A stretch of DNA of 36,059 nucleotides from a virus (lineage: Duplodnaviria > Caudoviricetes). The notes below the pieces were generated by a model that was given only the letters and a program-made list of their open reading frames with translations, searched no databases and had not been told where the DNA came from. Of this stretch, positions 10,216-19,823 are shown in pieces (positions within the stretch are counted from its first letter, which is position 1; every line of letters begins with the position of its first letter). Position numbers and translations under genes: made by a program. Where the stretch lies: positions 1 to 36,059 of the IMG/VR virus record IMGVR_UViG_3300043174_000026; one strand, 5' to 3'.

Positions 10216-11391
10216 ATGGACAACTTCCTTACATTCTTGGGGGAGGCGTGGCCTCCCTCAAAGAACGGACCCCCGCAGGGAGGTAACAAGTCTCCCTTCG
10301 GGAATCGTGTTGGTCCCAAGAAACCCAAGCCATCATTCGGGGAACAGGGCACACCAGAGAAAGGCCTGACCCCATCCAAGCCTGCAGGGCCCGCAAAGCA
10401 GCCGCCGTTCGGGCCAAAGTCCCCTAAACAAGACGGTGAACAGCCGCCGTTCGGTCAACCCGAACAAGACGAGGGTGCTGGTCCGGGCGGTGCTTTTGGG
10501 CAGCAGGGTCCAATGGACGCCGAAGCGATTCGTGCTCAACAAGAGTATGAACAGCAGCAAGCGGAGATGGAAGCGGAGATTCAGCGACAGAAAGCGGAGG
10601 AAGAGGCTGCCGAACGGCAGAAGGTCAAGAACATGCGAGCGCAAGCGGACGCTGACGTGATGTCCGCATTGGAGGACAAGTATAACGACGATACTGATTA
10701 CGTCGAGTTCTATCCAGACATGCTCACGTTCACCGCTTACAATAATGAGGTAGACAAGCAGAACGAAACAGCGAAGAAGAAGCAGGGTGCTACTCCGTCC
10801 ACCCCGACGACCTCAACAACGGTGGCGTCTGGTGGGAGTGGAGCGGCTATTGGCGCACAGACATCCAGTGATGTTGAAACTGGAGACAAGGGGGAAACAC
10901 CCAAGGTTCCGGATGCCAAGAAGTCGAAAGAGGACCTCAAGCAGAAGAAGATCACCGGAACCGAATCCGATGACACTGAATCGCTATCACAGCCTCCCGT
11001 TTCCGACGAGTCGGACGAGGACGAGCTAGAGAGCGGCGAAGAGGAAACGGACGAGGAACAGGACAACCCCGTTAAGTCACCCGAAGAGGAGCAGAAAGAG
11101 GCCCAGGGGAACGCACAAATGCTGGGCCAGGGTGAGCGGAAGATTTTCAAGATCAAGCCCGCCGATCATGTTAGCGGTAGCAAGTTCGTAGGTCAGGGGG
11201 ACTTTGAGGACGAGCTAGGCGAAGAAGGTGACGAGCAAGAAGGCGATTCCGAGGAGTCTCCCTTCGGCGGGAAAGACAAGAGCAAGGGTAAACCACCATT
11301 TGGTAAGAAGGCTCCGGAGTCCGACGAGGGCGAGGACGAAGAAACACCAAAAGTGAAGAAGTTCAGCGAGTTCAAGGGAAAGAAAGAATGA
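10216..11391 (+). CDS. Low-complexity acidic/Pro-Lys-rich protein, possible internal head or scaffold protein
   Basis: Long ORF with RBS, repeated PFG motifs, E/D tracts, N-terminus MDNFLTFLGEA. Confidence 0.65.
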   Translation: MDNFLTFLGEAWPPSKNGPPQGGNKSPFGNRVGPKKPKPSFGEQGTPEKGLTPSKPAGPAKQPPFGPKSPKQDGEQPPFGQPEQDEGAGPGGAFGQQGPMDAEAIRAQQEYEQQQAEMEAEIQRQKAEEEAAERQKVKNMRAQADADVMSALEDKYNDDTDYVEFYPDMLTFTAYNNEVDKQNETAKKKQGATPSTPTTSTTVASGGSGAAIGAQTSSDVETGDKGETPKVPDAKKSKEDLKQKKITGTESDDTESLSQPPVSDESDEDELESGEEETDEEQDNPVKSPEEEQKEAQGNAQMLGQGERKIFKIKPADHVSGSKFVGQGDFEDELGEEGDEQEGDSEESPFGGKDKSKGKPPFGKKAPESDEGEDEETPKVKKFSEFKGKKE

Positions 11392-11894
11392 CGCCCAAGG
11401 TCTATTGTGATATGGACGGTGTGCTGGCGGACTTCAATGGGGGCTGGAAGGAGTTCACGGGGAAAGAGATTACCAACTGGATCGTCATTTCTGGCGACGA
11501 ATGGGGGCACCTCAAGTACCAGTGGCCAACATTTTGGATGGACCTAGAGATGTTGCCCCACGCGAGAGAGCTTTGGGGTGCCCTCGCACCCTATAGTCCG
11601 GACCTCTTGACGGCTGTTCCACCGTCGTGGAAGTCCGCAGGGATCGGGAAGTCAACGTGGGCGCGAGAGAACCTCGGGGGGAACCCCAAGGTGCTCGCGG
11701 TTCAGCGTCACGAGAAGAAGAACTACGCGAAGCAAAAGGACGGCACGCCGAACATCTTGATTGACGACTTGGGAAAGAACATCAAGGAATGGGAGGCGGC
11801 GGGCGGTGTTGGTATCCAATACATACCAAGTGGAAATGGGGTGGACAGGGTAGTCCGCACAATTGAAGCGCACATGAAGCGTTATGGAGTATAA
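11388..11894 (+). CDS. HAD-family 5'(3')-deoxyribonucleotidase-like protein
   Basis: DMDGVLADF motif I, LLTA, K, LIDD motif IV, W..AGG.GI. Confidence 0.88.
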   Translation: MTPKVYCDMDGVLADFNGGWKEFTGKEITNWIVISGDEWGHLKYQWPTFWMDLEMLPHARELWGALAPYSPDLLTAVPPSWKSAGIGKSTWARENLGGNPKVLAVQRHEKKNYAKQKDGTPNILIDDLGKNIKEWEAAGGVGIQYIPSGNGVDRVVRTIEAHMKRYGV

Positions 11895-11895
11895 G

Positions 11896-12138
11896 ATGAG
11901 TGACGAGAAGCAGGACGTGTTGAGAGTGTTCACAGAGACAGAGATTCGAGCTGCCATCGAGAATTATCGGGGGCAGGCCGCATCAGCCGCGAGACAGTTA
12001 CAGGAGTTGGAGCGTCAGGCAGAGGTCGTGCAAGCACAGCAGCACATGATCAACGGAGCGATTCTCGCGTTTGAGTCATTGTTGAGTGTGCAAGTTGCGC
12101 CTCCGGAGCCTCCAGCAGAACCACCGAGCGAGACCTAA
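11896..12138 (+). CDS. Small coiled-coil hypothetical protein
   Basis: GGAG RBS before ATG 11896; Q/A/E-rich helical sequence. Confidence 0.6.
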   Translation: MSDEKQDVLRVFTETEIRAAIENYRGQAASAARQLQELERQAEVVQAQQHMINGAILAFESLLSVQVAPPEPPAEPPSET

Positions 12139-12140
12139 AC

Positions 12141-12710
12141 ATGGCAGACAAGAAAATCACAGCATTAGGGGAGCGACTAGTTCCTATCATCGGGGACGAC
12201 CTGCTATTGTTGGTCGCGAATGTGGTGCCCGCGAGCGCCGCGGCGAACTACAAGGTGCAGGTCAAGAACTTCCTCTCCAACACACAGATTGCACTTCCGA
12301 CGGCTGAATCGTCTGCGTTCCGTTTTACTGCGAACGTTGTCGCTAACTCTGTTGCAGTGCAGGCCGCTGTTGAGGCGCGTCTGGACGCCGGGAACAACGC
12401 TGTTGGGTCTACCAATGCGTATGGGGTCATTATCAACCATACGATTGCGAACACTTCTCATGCGCGATGCACGTCTCCTGTTGCGTTCCTGGGTATCAAG
12501 GAAACGGTCGGCGCGAACGCGACTTTCACGACTGCCTACCTATTGGACATAGGACTACAGGGTACCGCGAACGTGAGCGCAAACGCATCCGCGAATGTGG
12601 ATACGATTCTATCACCTACCGCGAACGCGGCCGCGGCTACGCACACGTTGAAGATTCAAGTCAATGGGACGGACTATTGGCTGCTCGCATCGGACGTGGG
12701 GCCGGAATAA
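12141..12710 (+). CDS. Probable virion structural protein
   Basis: MADKKITAL start typical of T4-like structural proteins; C-terminal LKIQVNGTDYWL. Confidence 0.6.
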   Translation: MADKKITALGERLVPIIGDDLLLLVANVVPASAAANYKVQVKNFLSNTQIALPTAESSAFRFTANVVANSVAVQAAVEARLDAGNNAVGSTNAYGVIINHTIANTSHARCTSPVAFLGIKETVGANATFTTAYLLDIGLQGTANVSANASANVDTILSPTANAAAATHTLKIQVNGTDYWLLASDVGPE

Positions 12711-12714
12711 CTCT

Positions 12715-13113
12715 ATGCTCGCATTTGAGAATTTGACACTGAAGAATAGCTTATTGTATGCGATGAGGTGTTACGATAATCCGCAATGTTTGGATGAAGA
12801 GGAGTTCATCGAGGATTATAAGCGTCTTAAGTATGTCAAGCGTCTTTGTCGTCGGTATGTGCAGACAGGACGTATCAGTGAGCGGCTGATGTTGAATCAT
12901 TTGGTGCTCCTGAACAATGTGTTCGGGGCCCCGGCTACAGCGCGACTCCTGTTTCTCAAGTGCAATGATGAGCGGATGTATCGGGTGTTGAAAGCGGTTA
13001 TGACGTATATGGGCACGCTCCCCGACGTGGTACCAGGAATAGACGGAGCGGACATTTACACGGAACTGATTCCGTTGGACGAGAAGTTACTCGCGAAACT
13101 ACAGGCACTCTAA
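12715..13113 (+). CDS. Conserved T4-like phage hypothetical protein
   Basis: YDNPQC..EEF.ED.KR.KYVKRL, ERLMLNHLV.L.NVFG motifs; TAATG coupling to next gene. Confidence 0.75.
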   Translation: MLAFENLTLKNSLLYAMRCYDNPQCLDEEEFIEDYKRLKYVKRLCRRYVQTGRISERLMLNHLVLLNNVFGAPATARLLFLKCNDERMYRVLKAVMTYMGTLPDVVPGIDGADIYTELIPLDEKLLAKLQAL

Positions 13114-14321
13114 TGTCATACGATAAGCGATTCAAGCGATTCCAAGAGTTTGTTGAGGACGCACCCGCAATGTCTGCTGGTGCCGGTGGAGTCGCGGGAA
13201 TCGGGCAACCTCCGGGGAGCAAGTTCGGGGAGCCTCCGGGTCCCTCCCCGTTGGGCGGCGCAACAACCAAAACCAAGAAGAACAAGCGTCCCGAGGACTT
13301 GAAAGAGGACGAAGTTTCGCGCGTGCGCTACAGCCCCACCAATCGTCGTCCCGTGGGGCCGCTGGAGATTGAGTTCCAGCGCATTCGGACGAGCGGACAG
13401 AATGGCGGACTTGTTACTTACTACGTTGCCAAGACGTTTGTTCCCACCGCCGGTGGACTCACGAAGTTCGGTGTAGAGACGAAGAACAAGGCCTCAGTAG
13501 CTGATGCGTATGCGGAACTGAAAGATATGCTCGTCAACAAATACTTCGTGACGGGCACACTTCGCGTCAAGCGTTCCGCGCACGACCAGGTGCTCAACCG
13601 AGAATTGGACAGATTGAATGTCCGGACGGAGAGCATCGGGGACTGGGTCAAAGGAAAGGCGATGAGCGACCGGGACTCCCGCGCTGTCATTGCGAACGCG
13701 ACTGCTGCGTTAGATGTCTGGCCCGAGAAAGACCTCCCACAACTTCGTAGACTCCTCGCGGCCGCCAAATCGTCTGGTGGGGGAGCGGTTGTTCGCCTTC
13801 GTCAGTTCCTACGGGACCACGGAGTTGTTTACGAGTGGGATCGGGCGCCCAAGCCCGTTGAGGGTGGGGAGCAGGTGGCCGAGGCGTCGGACGCGGAGAT
13901 CGAAAAGGCAGCCAAAGAGGTTCACAACCGTTGGGTGGAGAACCAGAAGAAAGCAGGAGAGACGGAGCACAAATCTCCGGATGGGAAAGAGGACTACATG
14001 GTCCCTTACCACAAGCTCTCCGACAAGTCAAAAGAGATGGACCGGGAAGCTGTTCGCGCTACATTAGACGCACTGGGTTTGGATGAAGACCGAGAGACGT
14101 TCGCCGGCGCCCCTGTCTTTGAGGTGGACACAGACAAGTGGATGAAGTCCCGGTTCGGAAAGAATCGGTACCATCGGTATAGTAAATACGTTGGAGAGGA
14201 TGAGACGGGTGAAGAGATTCGTCAGCATGGAAGAACACAGAGAAAGTCGGATATCATCCTGAAGGACCAAGCTACAGGTGCGATGACGTGGTTTCTCCGT
14301 CGCAAGAAGGCTGGTCAGTAG
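13113..14321 (+). CDS. Multi-domain probable head/internal protein containing a RyR-repeat-like segment
   Basis: AKEVHNRW...MVPYHKLSDKSKEMDR resembles the RyR domain; C-terminal FAGAPVFEV...IILKD..TGAM block. Confidence 0.65.
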   Translation: MSYDKRFKRFQEFVEDAPAMSAGAGGVAGIGQPPGSKFGEPPGPSPLGGATTKTKKNKRPEDLKEDEVSRVRYSPTNRRPVGPLEIEFQRIRTSGQNGGLVTYYVAKTFVPTAGGLTKFGVETKNKASVADAYAELKDMLVNKYFVTGTLRVKRSAHDQVLNRELDRLNVRTESIGDWVKGKAMSDRDSRAVIANATAALDVWPEKDLPQLRRLLAAAKSSGGGAVVRLRQFLRDHGVVYEWDRAPKPVEGGEQVAEASDAEIEKAAKEVHNRWVENQKKAGETEHKSPDGKEDYMVPYHKLSDKSKEMDREAVRATLDALGLDEDRETFAGAPVFEVDTDKWMKSRFGKNRYHRYSKYVGEDETGEEIRQHGRTQRKSDIILKDQATGAMTWFLRRKKAGQ

Positions 14322-14327
14322 GACAGA

Positions 14328-14891
14328 ATGGACGCGGGTATGTGGGGAACAATTGTAGGCGGAATACTCGGTTTCATGGCGGCGGTGCTCCCAAAGCTGT
14401 TTGAAATCATCGAGGCCTACTTCACTCACAGAGCTACCCACGAGTCGCAAGCACAAGAGATTGAGGCCGCGTCTAAAGGGGTCGCTATCGCTCGGTCGGG
14501 GAACGTCAAGATTGCTGTTCCTGTTGAAGGAGAGGTTGCTGCACCTGGAATTCCTGCCGACGAGGATGAGATTTCCGATGTCGTCGCAGAGTCCGGAGAG
14601 CCTGCTATCGTTTCGCGGTCAGGATTTTTACTAGGACTGTGGGACACGTTGCGCTACACCGTGCGTCCGGTAGTGACGTATGGATTCTTCATTCTGTTTC
14701 TGGTTGTGAAAATCAAGGGGTTCTATCACGGGATTCTGGTTGATCATACACCGGTAATTCAATTGCTTCCTGTGATTTGGGACGAAGGTACGGAAAGCCT
14801 CTTTGCCGCAGTGCTTGCATTTTGGTTTGGCTCGCGAGCATTTGAGAAGAGTAAGGCGTTACTTGGAAAACAGGAACAGGTTGTCCCATGA
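14328..14891 (+). CDS. Holin-like 3-TM membrane protein
   Basis: N-terminal TM, VRPVVTY...FWFGSR..EK pattern of 3TM holin-like proteins. Confidence 0.65.
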   Translation: MDAGMWGTIVGGILGFMAAVLPKLFEIIEAYFTHRATHESQAQEIEAASKGVAIARSGNVKIAVPVEGEVAAPGIPADEDEISDVVAESGEPAIVSRSGFLLGLWDTLRYTVRPVVTYGFFILFLVVKIKGFYHGILVDHTPVIQLLPVIWDEGTESLFAAVLAFWFGSRAFEKSKALLGKQEQVVP

Positions 14892-15292
14892 CTGAACCAC
14901 GCGAATATGGAGCAATACAAAAGGACCTTGATATGGTTGTTAGTCAAGTCCAGAAGCTCACGGATGAGTATCATGCGTTGCAGTTGACCGCATCCGAAGA
15001 ACGTGCAGGTCTACGAAAGTCCGTTGAAGAAGTGCGGGCCATCGCTCAGTCCGTGTGCGTGAAGATACCCGATAACCTCGAAAAACGATTGGTCACGATT
15101 GAGCTTCAGTTACAGCGTGTCATCAAAGATACGGAAGAGGAGTTCGTCAAAAAGATGGACTTCGTGGCGCTCCAAGTAGAGCATAATCAAATCAAGCGGT
15201 TGGTATGGGGATTCATTATTATGGTCCTCACCTCCGTTATTGGCGGCCTATTAGCACTGGTGGTGCACAATGCCGCTGTCATTACCAAATAA
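14888..15292 (+). CDS. Coiled-coil protein with C-terminal TM helix
   Basis: ATGA overlap; hydrophobic LVWGFIIMVLTSVIGGLLALVV. Confidence 0.65.
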   Translation: MTEPREYGAIQKDLDMVVSQVQKLTDEYHALQLTASEERAGLRKSVEEVRAIAQSVCVKIPDNLEKRLVTIELQLQRVIKDTEEEFVKKMDFVALQVEHNQIKRLVWGFIIMVLTSVIGGLLALVVHNAAVITK

Positions 15293-15302
15293 GGGGTGTT
15301 CC

Positions 15303-15791
15303 GTGAAGCCGACTATGAAGATTCTTTACGGGGGAGCGTGGGCTACTATTGTTGCGGCCATTTTCCTCATTTCGCTCGTCACAGTTTGGTTGGTGCGTCC
15401 TTATAGAGGCCTGTATGATGTGAACGCACCGTTCAAAGTCGAGCCTGCTGTTGTGCAAGTAGGAGCGCTTCTGCATTACAACGTGCAGTATTGTGTAGAC
15501 GAAGATTTACCGCTCCCGATCAGTGTATCCCGAGAGATGGAAATGCAGAGCCCTGAGGGATACATCTTTCCTATCGCACCCCCAATCGGCTATCTCATTC
15601 AGGAACGATGTGAGAGTCGGGAGTTGACCATCGGTGTGCCTGCATTTGTGCCGTCGGGTGTGTATCACATTCACTATACCACTGCGTTGGAAGTCAATCC
15701 ATTCCGTGTCATTCGGCAGTCGTTTGTCTCTCAGGAGTTTGAGATTGTGGATGCCATTTCGGGGACGGTCGCAACCAAAACCGAGAAGTAG
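15303..15791 (+). CDS. Membrane-anchored hypothetical protein
   Basis: N-terminal TM, Cys pair, beta-rich C-terminus; start GTG 15303 or ATG 15315. Confidence 0.6.
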   Translation: MKPTMKILYGGAWATIVAAIFLISLVTVWLVRPYRGLYDVNAPFKVEPAVVQVGALLHYNVQYCVDEDLPLPISVSREMEMQSPEGYIFPIAPPIGYLIQERCESRELTIGVPAFVPSGVYHIHYTTALEVNPFRVIRQSFVSQEFEIVDAISGTVATKTEK

Positions 15792-15792
15792 C

Positions 15793-15821
15793 TTGACTTT
15801 CTCCTGTTAGACCCGTATACT
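15793..15821 (+). promoter_or_regulatory. sigma70-type promoter of primase (likely leaderless)
   Basis: TTGACT-17 nt-TATACT; ATG 7 nt after the -10 box, no RBS. Confidence 0.7.
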
Positions 15822-15828
15822 ATTTGCT

Positions 15829-16884
15829 ATGAGCTTGTGGCTTGACGAAAAATACCTGCGTTTGTTGTCCCCATCATTGGACCATTACGTCCAGAAGCAT
15901 CCGCACCTCTTCAATTTTCGCTGCCCGTTGTGCGGAGATTCCGAGCAGAATACACGCAAGGCACGCGGATACTGTTTCCCGAAAACCAACACCCTTATCT
16001 ACAAGTGCCATAATTGTGGCGTAGCACTGCCGTTCTCCGCGTTTCTCAAACGTGCCAGTCGTCGGCTGTTTGATGAATACATGCTGGAGAAGCTGAAAGA
16101 GGAACCGCGGCAGTCGGAGAAGAGTGACGAGGAATCGTTCCTAGACGCTTTCAGGGGTGCGTCGGTGATGCAGTTCCCGAGACCCGGGGGGATGCTAGAA
16201 CCTCTCTCAGAACCCGGCCTAACCCGTCCGGACCACCCTCTATATCCCGTGCTACTCTACGCACGGAAACGGATGATTCCGATAGCGCAGTTGTCGCGTC
16301 TTTGGGCAACAATCCACGCTTATACATATTTGTCTACGCTCGTCGGAGAGGACAAGGCGGCGAAGGTGAAAGACGGCGAACCATACTTGGTGTTGCCACT
16401 CTCACTGACTGCGGCACAGATGGGTTGGTATGGAGCGCAGTTCCGTTTGCTCACGCGCAAGGAATACATTACCTACAAGTGGACAGAGAGAGAACCGCTC
16501 AAAGTGTTCGGGTTAGACAAGTGGAGTCCGGCAGAGACCACCTATATGGTAGAAGGTCCGCTGGATTCTCTGTTCGTGCCAAATGCGTTAGCCGCGTGTA
16601 GCTCCGACCTGATGGGTGTCACGCACATCATGGAAGAGCGTAAAGTCATGGACCCACGGGACGCTCGCGTATTCGTGTGGGACAACGAACCTCGGAACAA
16701 AGAAGTCGCACGGCTCATGCGTCAGGCCATCTCACTACGGGAACGAATCGTCATCTGGCCCCGTGAATATCCAAATGACATCAACGATATGGTGCTAGAG
16801 GGGATTGACGTGAACGCAACAATCCAGAAGCACACGTATCAAGGTCTTCGCGCAGAGCTAGAATACCAACGCTGGAAAATCTAA
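15829..16884 (+). CDS. gp61: DNA primase (T4 gp61)
   Basis: NFRCPLCGDS...KARGY...YKCHNC zinc finger; TOPRIM VEGPLDS, WDNEPRN, DINDM. Confidence 0.96.
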   Translation: MSLWLDEKYLRLLSPSLDHYVQKHPHLFNFRCPLCGDSEQNTRKARGYCFPKTNTLIYKCHNCGVALPFSAFLKRASRRLFDEYMLEKLKEEPRQSEKSDEESFLDAFRGASVMQFPRPGGMLEPLSEPGLTRPDHPLYPVLLYARKRMIPIAQLSRLWATIHAYTYLSTLVGEDKAAKVKDGEPYLVLPLSLTAAQMGWYGAQFRLLTRKEYITYKWTEREPLKVFGLDKWSPAETTYMVEGPLDSLFVPNALAACSSDLMGVTHIMEERKVMDPRDARVFVWDNEPRNKEVARLMRQAISLRERIVIWPREYPNDINDMVLEGIDVNATIQKHTYQGLRAELEYQRWKI

Positions 16885-17387
16885 TGCTTCATAAACACCA
16901 CATTGTCCCTCGCTACGCGGGAGGCACTGATGACCCGACTAATCTTGTAGAGTTGACTGTGCCTGCTCATGCTGAGGCGGACCGGTTACTCTACGAACAG
17001 CATGGAAAGTTGCAAGATAAATTGGCGTGGTTGTTGTTATCGAGGATGACGGAAGAGGCCGAGCAGACCCGATTAGAAATACTGCGTTCGCCCGAAGTCC
17101 GCGCAAAGATGCGTTTGGCGAGGTTAGGAAAGTCGTTGTCTCCCGAAAGTCGTGCAAAAGTGTCGGCATATCAAACTGGTCGGACCCGGTCCGCCGAAAC
17201 ATGTGCAAAAATTTCTGTGGCAAAGAAAGGATGCAAAAATCCTCATCTTGGCCGAGAACGCTCTTTGGAGACCCGTGCGAAAATATCAGCATATCAAACT
17301 GGTCGGACCCGGTCCGCAGAAACCCGTGCGAAAATATCGGCGGCCAGAAAACATAAACAAGCACAGAATCAGGAAGGAAACGAATGA
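16884..17387 (+). CDS. Free-standing HNH homing endonuclease with NUMOD3-like repeats
   Basis: HKHHIVP..GG.DD..NLV.LT...H; repeated SxETRAKIS; inserted between primase and RNR with overlapping start/stop codons. Confidence 0.85.
   Translation: MLHKHHIVPRYAGGTDDPTNLVELTVPAHAEADRLLYEQHGKLQDKLAWLLLSRMTEEAEQTRLEILRSPEVRAKMRLARLGKSLSPESRAKVSAYQTGRTRSAETCAKISVAKKGCKNPHLGRERSLETRAKISAYQTGRTRSAETRAKISAARKHKQAQNQEGNE
17166..17317 (+). repeat. 29-bp exact direct repeat within the HNH gene
   Basis: GCATATCAAACTGGTCGGACCCGGTCCGC at 17166-17194 and 17289-17317. Confidence 0.9.
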
Positions 17388-19048
17388 GTCCTAATATGTC
17401 CACCGAGATGTCAGCGTTCGCTATGGATGTTATGCTGCACAAGTATAGTCATCTTAAGCGCGATGGGTCAAAGGAGTCGTGGAAGGAAATCGCACAGAGA
17501 GTTACCAAGAGTGTGATGCACTCGGTTGATGCACCAAAGTCACTTGTAGACAACATCCAGCGTCGAATTGAGGCGCGACAGTTCTTACCGGGAGGACGTT
17601 ACCTCTATGCGTCCGGACGCCCGTTTCACCAGACGCAGAATTGCTTGCTTCTCCGCGCCACAGACTCCCGCGAGGGGTGGTCGGAGTTGATGCACAACGC
17701 GAGCATGGCACTCATGACGGGCGCGGGAATCGGAGTGGACTACAGCGAGATTCGGGCTGAGGGCAAGCCAGTGCGAAAGACCGGGGGATTCGCGACGGGC
17801 CCACTGGCGCTTATGCAGATGGTCAACGAAGCAGGAAGGGGAATCATGCAGGGAGGTTCCCGACGTTCCGCGATCTGGGCAGGATTAAGTTGGCGGCACC
17901 CGGATTGTTACAAGTTCATCCAAGCGAAGAACTGGATCAAGGAAGTCCGCGACCTCAAGGAAAAGGACTTCAACTTCCCTGCCACGTTAGACGGGACCAA
18001 TATCAGCGTCCAGCTTGACGACGACTTCTTCAAGGCCTACAACGACGAGAAACACACGCAGCACACACTCGCGCACAGCATCTATTGGGCGGTGGTTGAA
18101 CGGATGCTCAAGACCGGTGAACCCGGGTTCAGCGTGGATACCGGGAAGAATAGCAAGGAAACGCTCCGGAACGCTTGCACAGAGGTGTCGAGCGCGGACG
18201 ACTCCGACATCTGTAACCTCGGGAGCATCAACTTTGCACGGATCGATTCGTTGGACGAATTCAAGGACGTGTTAGAGTGTGCGACTGCGTTCTTACTTGC
18301 GGGGACGGTCTACAGCGACGTGCCCTATGCGAAGGTAGACATGATGCGGACCAAGAATCGACGTCTGGGTCTGGGTATCATGGGCGTGCATGAGTGGTTG
18401 CTGCTTCGGGGGAAGCCTTATGGGAAGGATGACGAGCTAGGTACGTATCTGGAAGCCTACGCGGCGAGCACCGAGATTGCTCACAAGTATGCGGACGAGT
18501 GGGAGTTGAGCCGCCCCATCAAGACCCGTGCTATTGCTCCGACCGGGACGATTGGTATTATCGCGGAAACGACGACGGGAATTGAGCCCATCTTCTGCGC
18601 CGCTTACAAACGCCGTTATCTCAAGGGAAGCACTTGGAATTGGCAGTATGTGCTAGACCCGACTGCCAAGCGTCTGGTAGAGCATGGAGTGGAACCCGAC
18701 AAGATTGAGGACGCCTACGTGTTGTCCAATTCATTTGAGAACGTCGAGCGTCGGCTTGCGTTTCAGTCATGGGTGCAGGGATACGTGGACCACGGGATTT
18801 CGTCCACGATCAACCTCCCTGCATGGGGGTCCGAGAACAACAATACAGGGACGATGCAGGAGTTCGGTCAGCGTCTCATCAAACACCTTCCCAAGCTCCG
18901 GGGAATCACTACATATCCGGATGGTGCCCGTGGTGGGCAACCAATCACCGCCGTTTCTTATCGGACGGCTTCAAAGCACGTCGGGGAGATTTTCGTAGAG
19001 TCCACGGACGTATGCGACCTCACTCGCGGCGGCAGTTGCGGAGCGTAA
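17384..19048 (+). CDS. Ribonucleotide reductase, probably class II (adenosylcobalamin-dependent, NrdJ-like)
   Basis: PGGR, NC, RRSA, GEPG, NACTE, CNLGS, APTGT, C-terminal Cys pair; compact 554 aa and no NrdB-like gene adjacent. Confidence 0.88.
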   Translation: MSPNMSTEMSAFAMDVMLHKYSHLKRDGSKESWKEIAQRVTKSVMHSVDAPKSLVDNIQRRIEARQFLPGGRYLYASGRPFHQTQNCLLLRATDSREGWSELMHNASMALMTGAGIGVDYSEIRAEGKPVRKTGGFATGPLALMQMVNEAGRGIMQGGSRRSAIWAGLSWRHPDCYKFIQAKNWIKEVRDLKEKDFNFPATLDGTNISVQLDDDFFKAYNDEKHTQHTLAHSIYWAVVERMLKTGEPGFSVDTGKNSKETLRNACTEVSSADDSDICNLGSINFARIDSLDEFKDVLECATAFLLAGTVYSDVPYAKVDMMRTKNRRLGLGIMGVHEWLLLRGKPYGKDDELGTYLEAYAASTEIAHKYADEWELSRPIKTRAIAPTGTIGIIAETTTGIEPIFCAAYKRRYLKGSTWNWQYVLDPTAKRLVEHGVEPDKIEDAYVLSNSFENVERRLAFQSWVQGYVDHGISSTINLPAWGSENNNTGTMQEFGQRLIKHLPKLRGITTYPDGARGGQPITAVSYRTASKHVGEIFVESTDVCDLTRGGSCGA

Positions 19049-19049
19049 C

Positions 19050-19238
19050 ATGACCAAGAGAGTAATCGAATGCCAGGAATGTGGTAACGGCGCGACGATC
19101 TACACAACGAGCAAAGAGGACATCACGTTCTGTCCGTTCTGCGGAGAACCGATTCTCCTAGAAGCGCCTGTGCCAGAAGAGGACGACGTGGACGAGTCAC
19201 CTCTAGAGGACGAGGACGACGACTGGCGCGGCCTATAA
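19050..19238 (+). CDS. Small zinc-ribbon protein with acidic tail
   Basis: CQEC...CPFCG. Confidence 0.75.
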   Translation: MTKRVIECQECGNGATIYTTSKEDITFCPFCGEPILLEAPVPEEDDVDESPLEDEDDDWRGL

Positions 19239-19246
19239 GTAAAGGC

Positions 19247-19702
19247 ATGGATGCTGGACACTGGAACATCGATGCGGTAGGCGAGTTTGAACCGGCGGAC
19301 TATCGGGGGTTCATCTATGAGATCACCCAGAAGTCCACTGGGAAGTCCTACATTGGGAAAAAGGTGTTCCGCTTCAAGCGGAAGAAGACGCTGAAGAACA
19401 AGTCCCGCACGAAGGAATCTGATTGGCGGGATTACACTAGTTCTAGCGAACTTCTCAACGAGGCAATAGACGAATGCGGAATGGACGATTTCGAGTTCCG
19501 CATTCTCACCCTTTGCACTGGTCAGTGTATGTTGACGTATTGTGAGTTGGAACAGCAATTCGCACATGATGTTTTGCGCGCCCGGCTCCCCAACGGCGAG
19601 CGTAAGTATTTTAACAATACGATTGGGCACATGAACTATTCTGGCATAGAAAAGCAAACCCAAGAGGCTTGCCGGAAGCGTCTCGCGCAATCGACTAAAT
19701 AG
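19247..19702 (+). CDS. GIY-YIG family nuclease
   Basis: GFIYEI....GKSYIGKK, ESDWRDY.SS, F.FRIL. Confidence 0.82.
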   Translation: MDAGHWNIDAVGEFEPADYRGFIYEITQKSTGKSYIGKKVFRFKRKKTLKNKSRTKESDWRDYTSSSELLNEAIDECGMDDFEFRILTLCTGQCMLTYCELEQQFAHDVLRARLPNGERKYFNNTIGHMNYSGIEKQTQEACRKRLAQSTK

Positions 19703-19729
19703 AACATCCTCAAATGCCGTTCTTTTCTG

Positions 19730-19758
19730 TTGACGAGACGGGAAGAACGTGTCATAAT
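19730..19758 (+). promoter_or_regulatory. sigma70-type promoter upstream of second lysozyme
   Basis: TTGACG-17 nt-CATAAT. Confidence 0.6.
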
Positions 19759-19823
19759 GGGGTACAACGTAGACCCGGCGCTGCCAATCACAACGACCGG
19801 GTTTCGTATTTCTAGGAGGTTAC

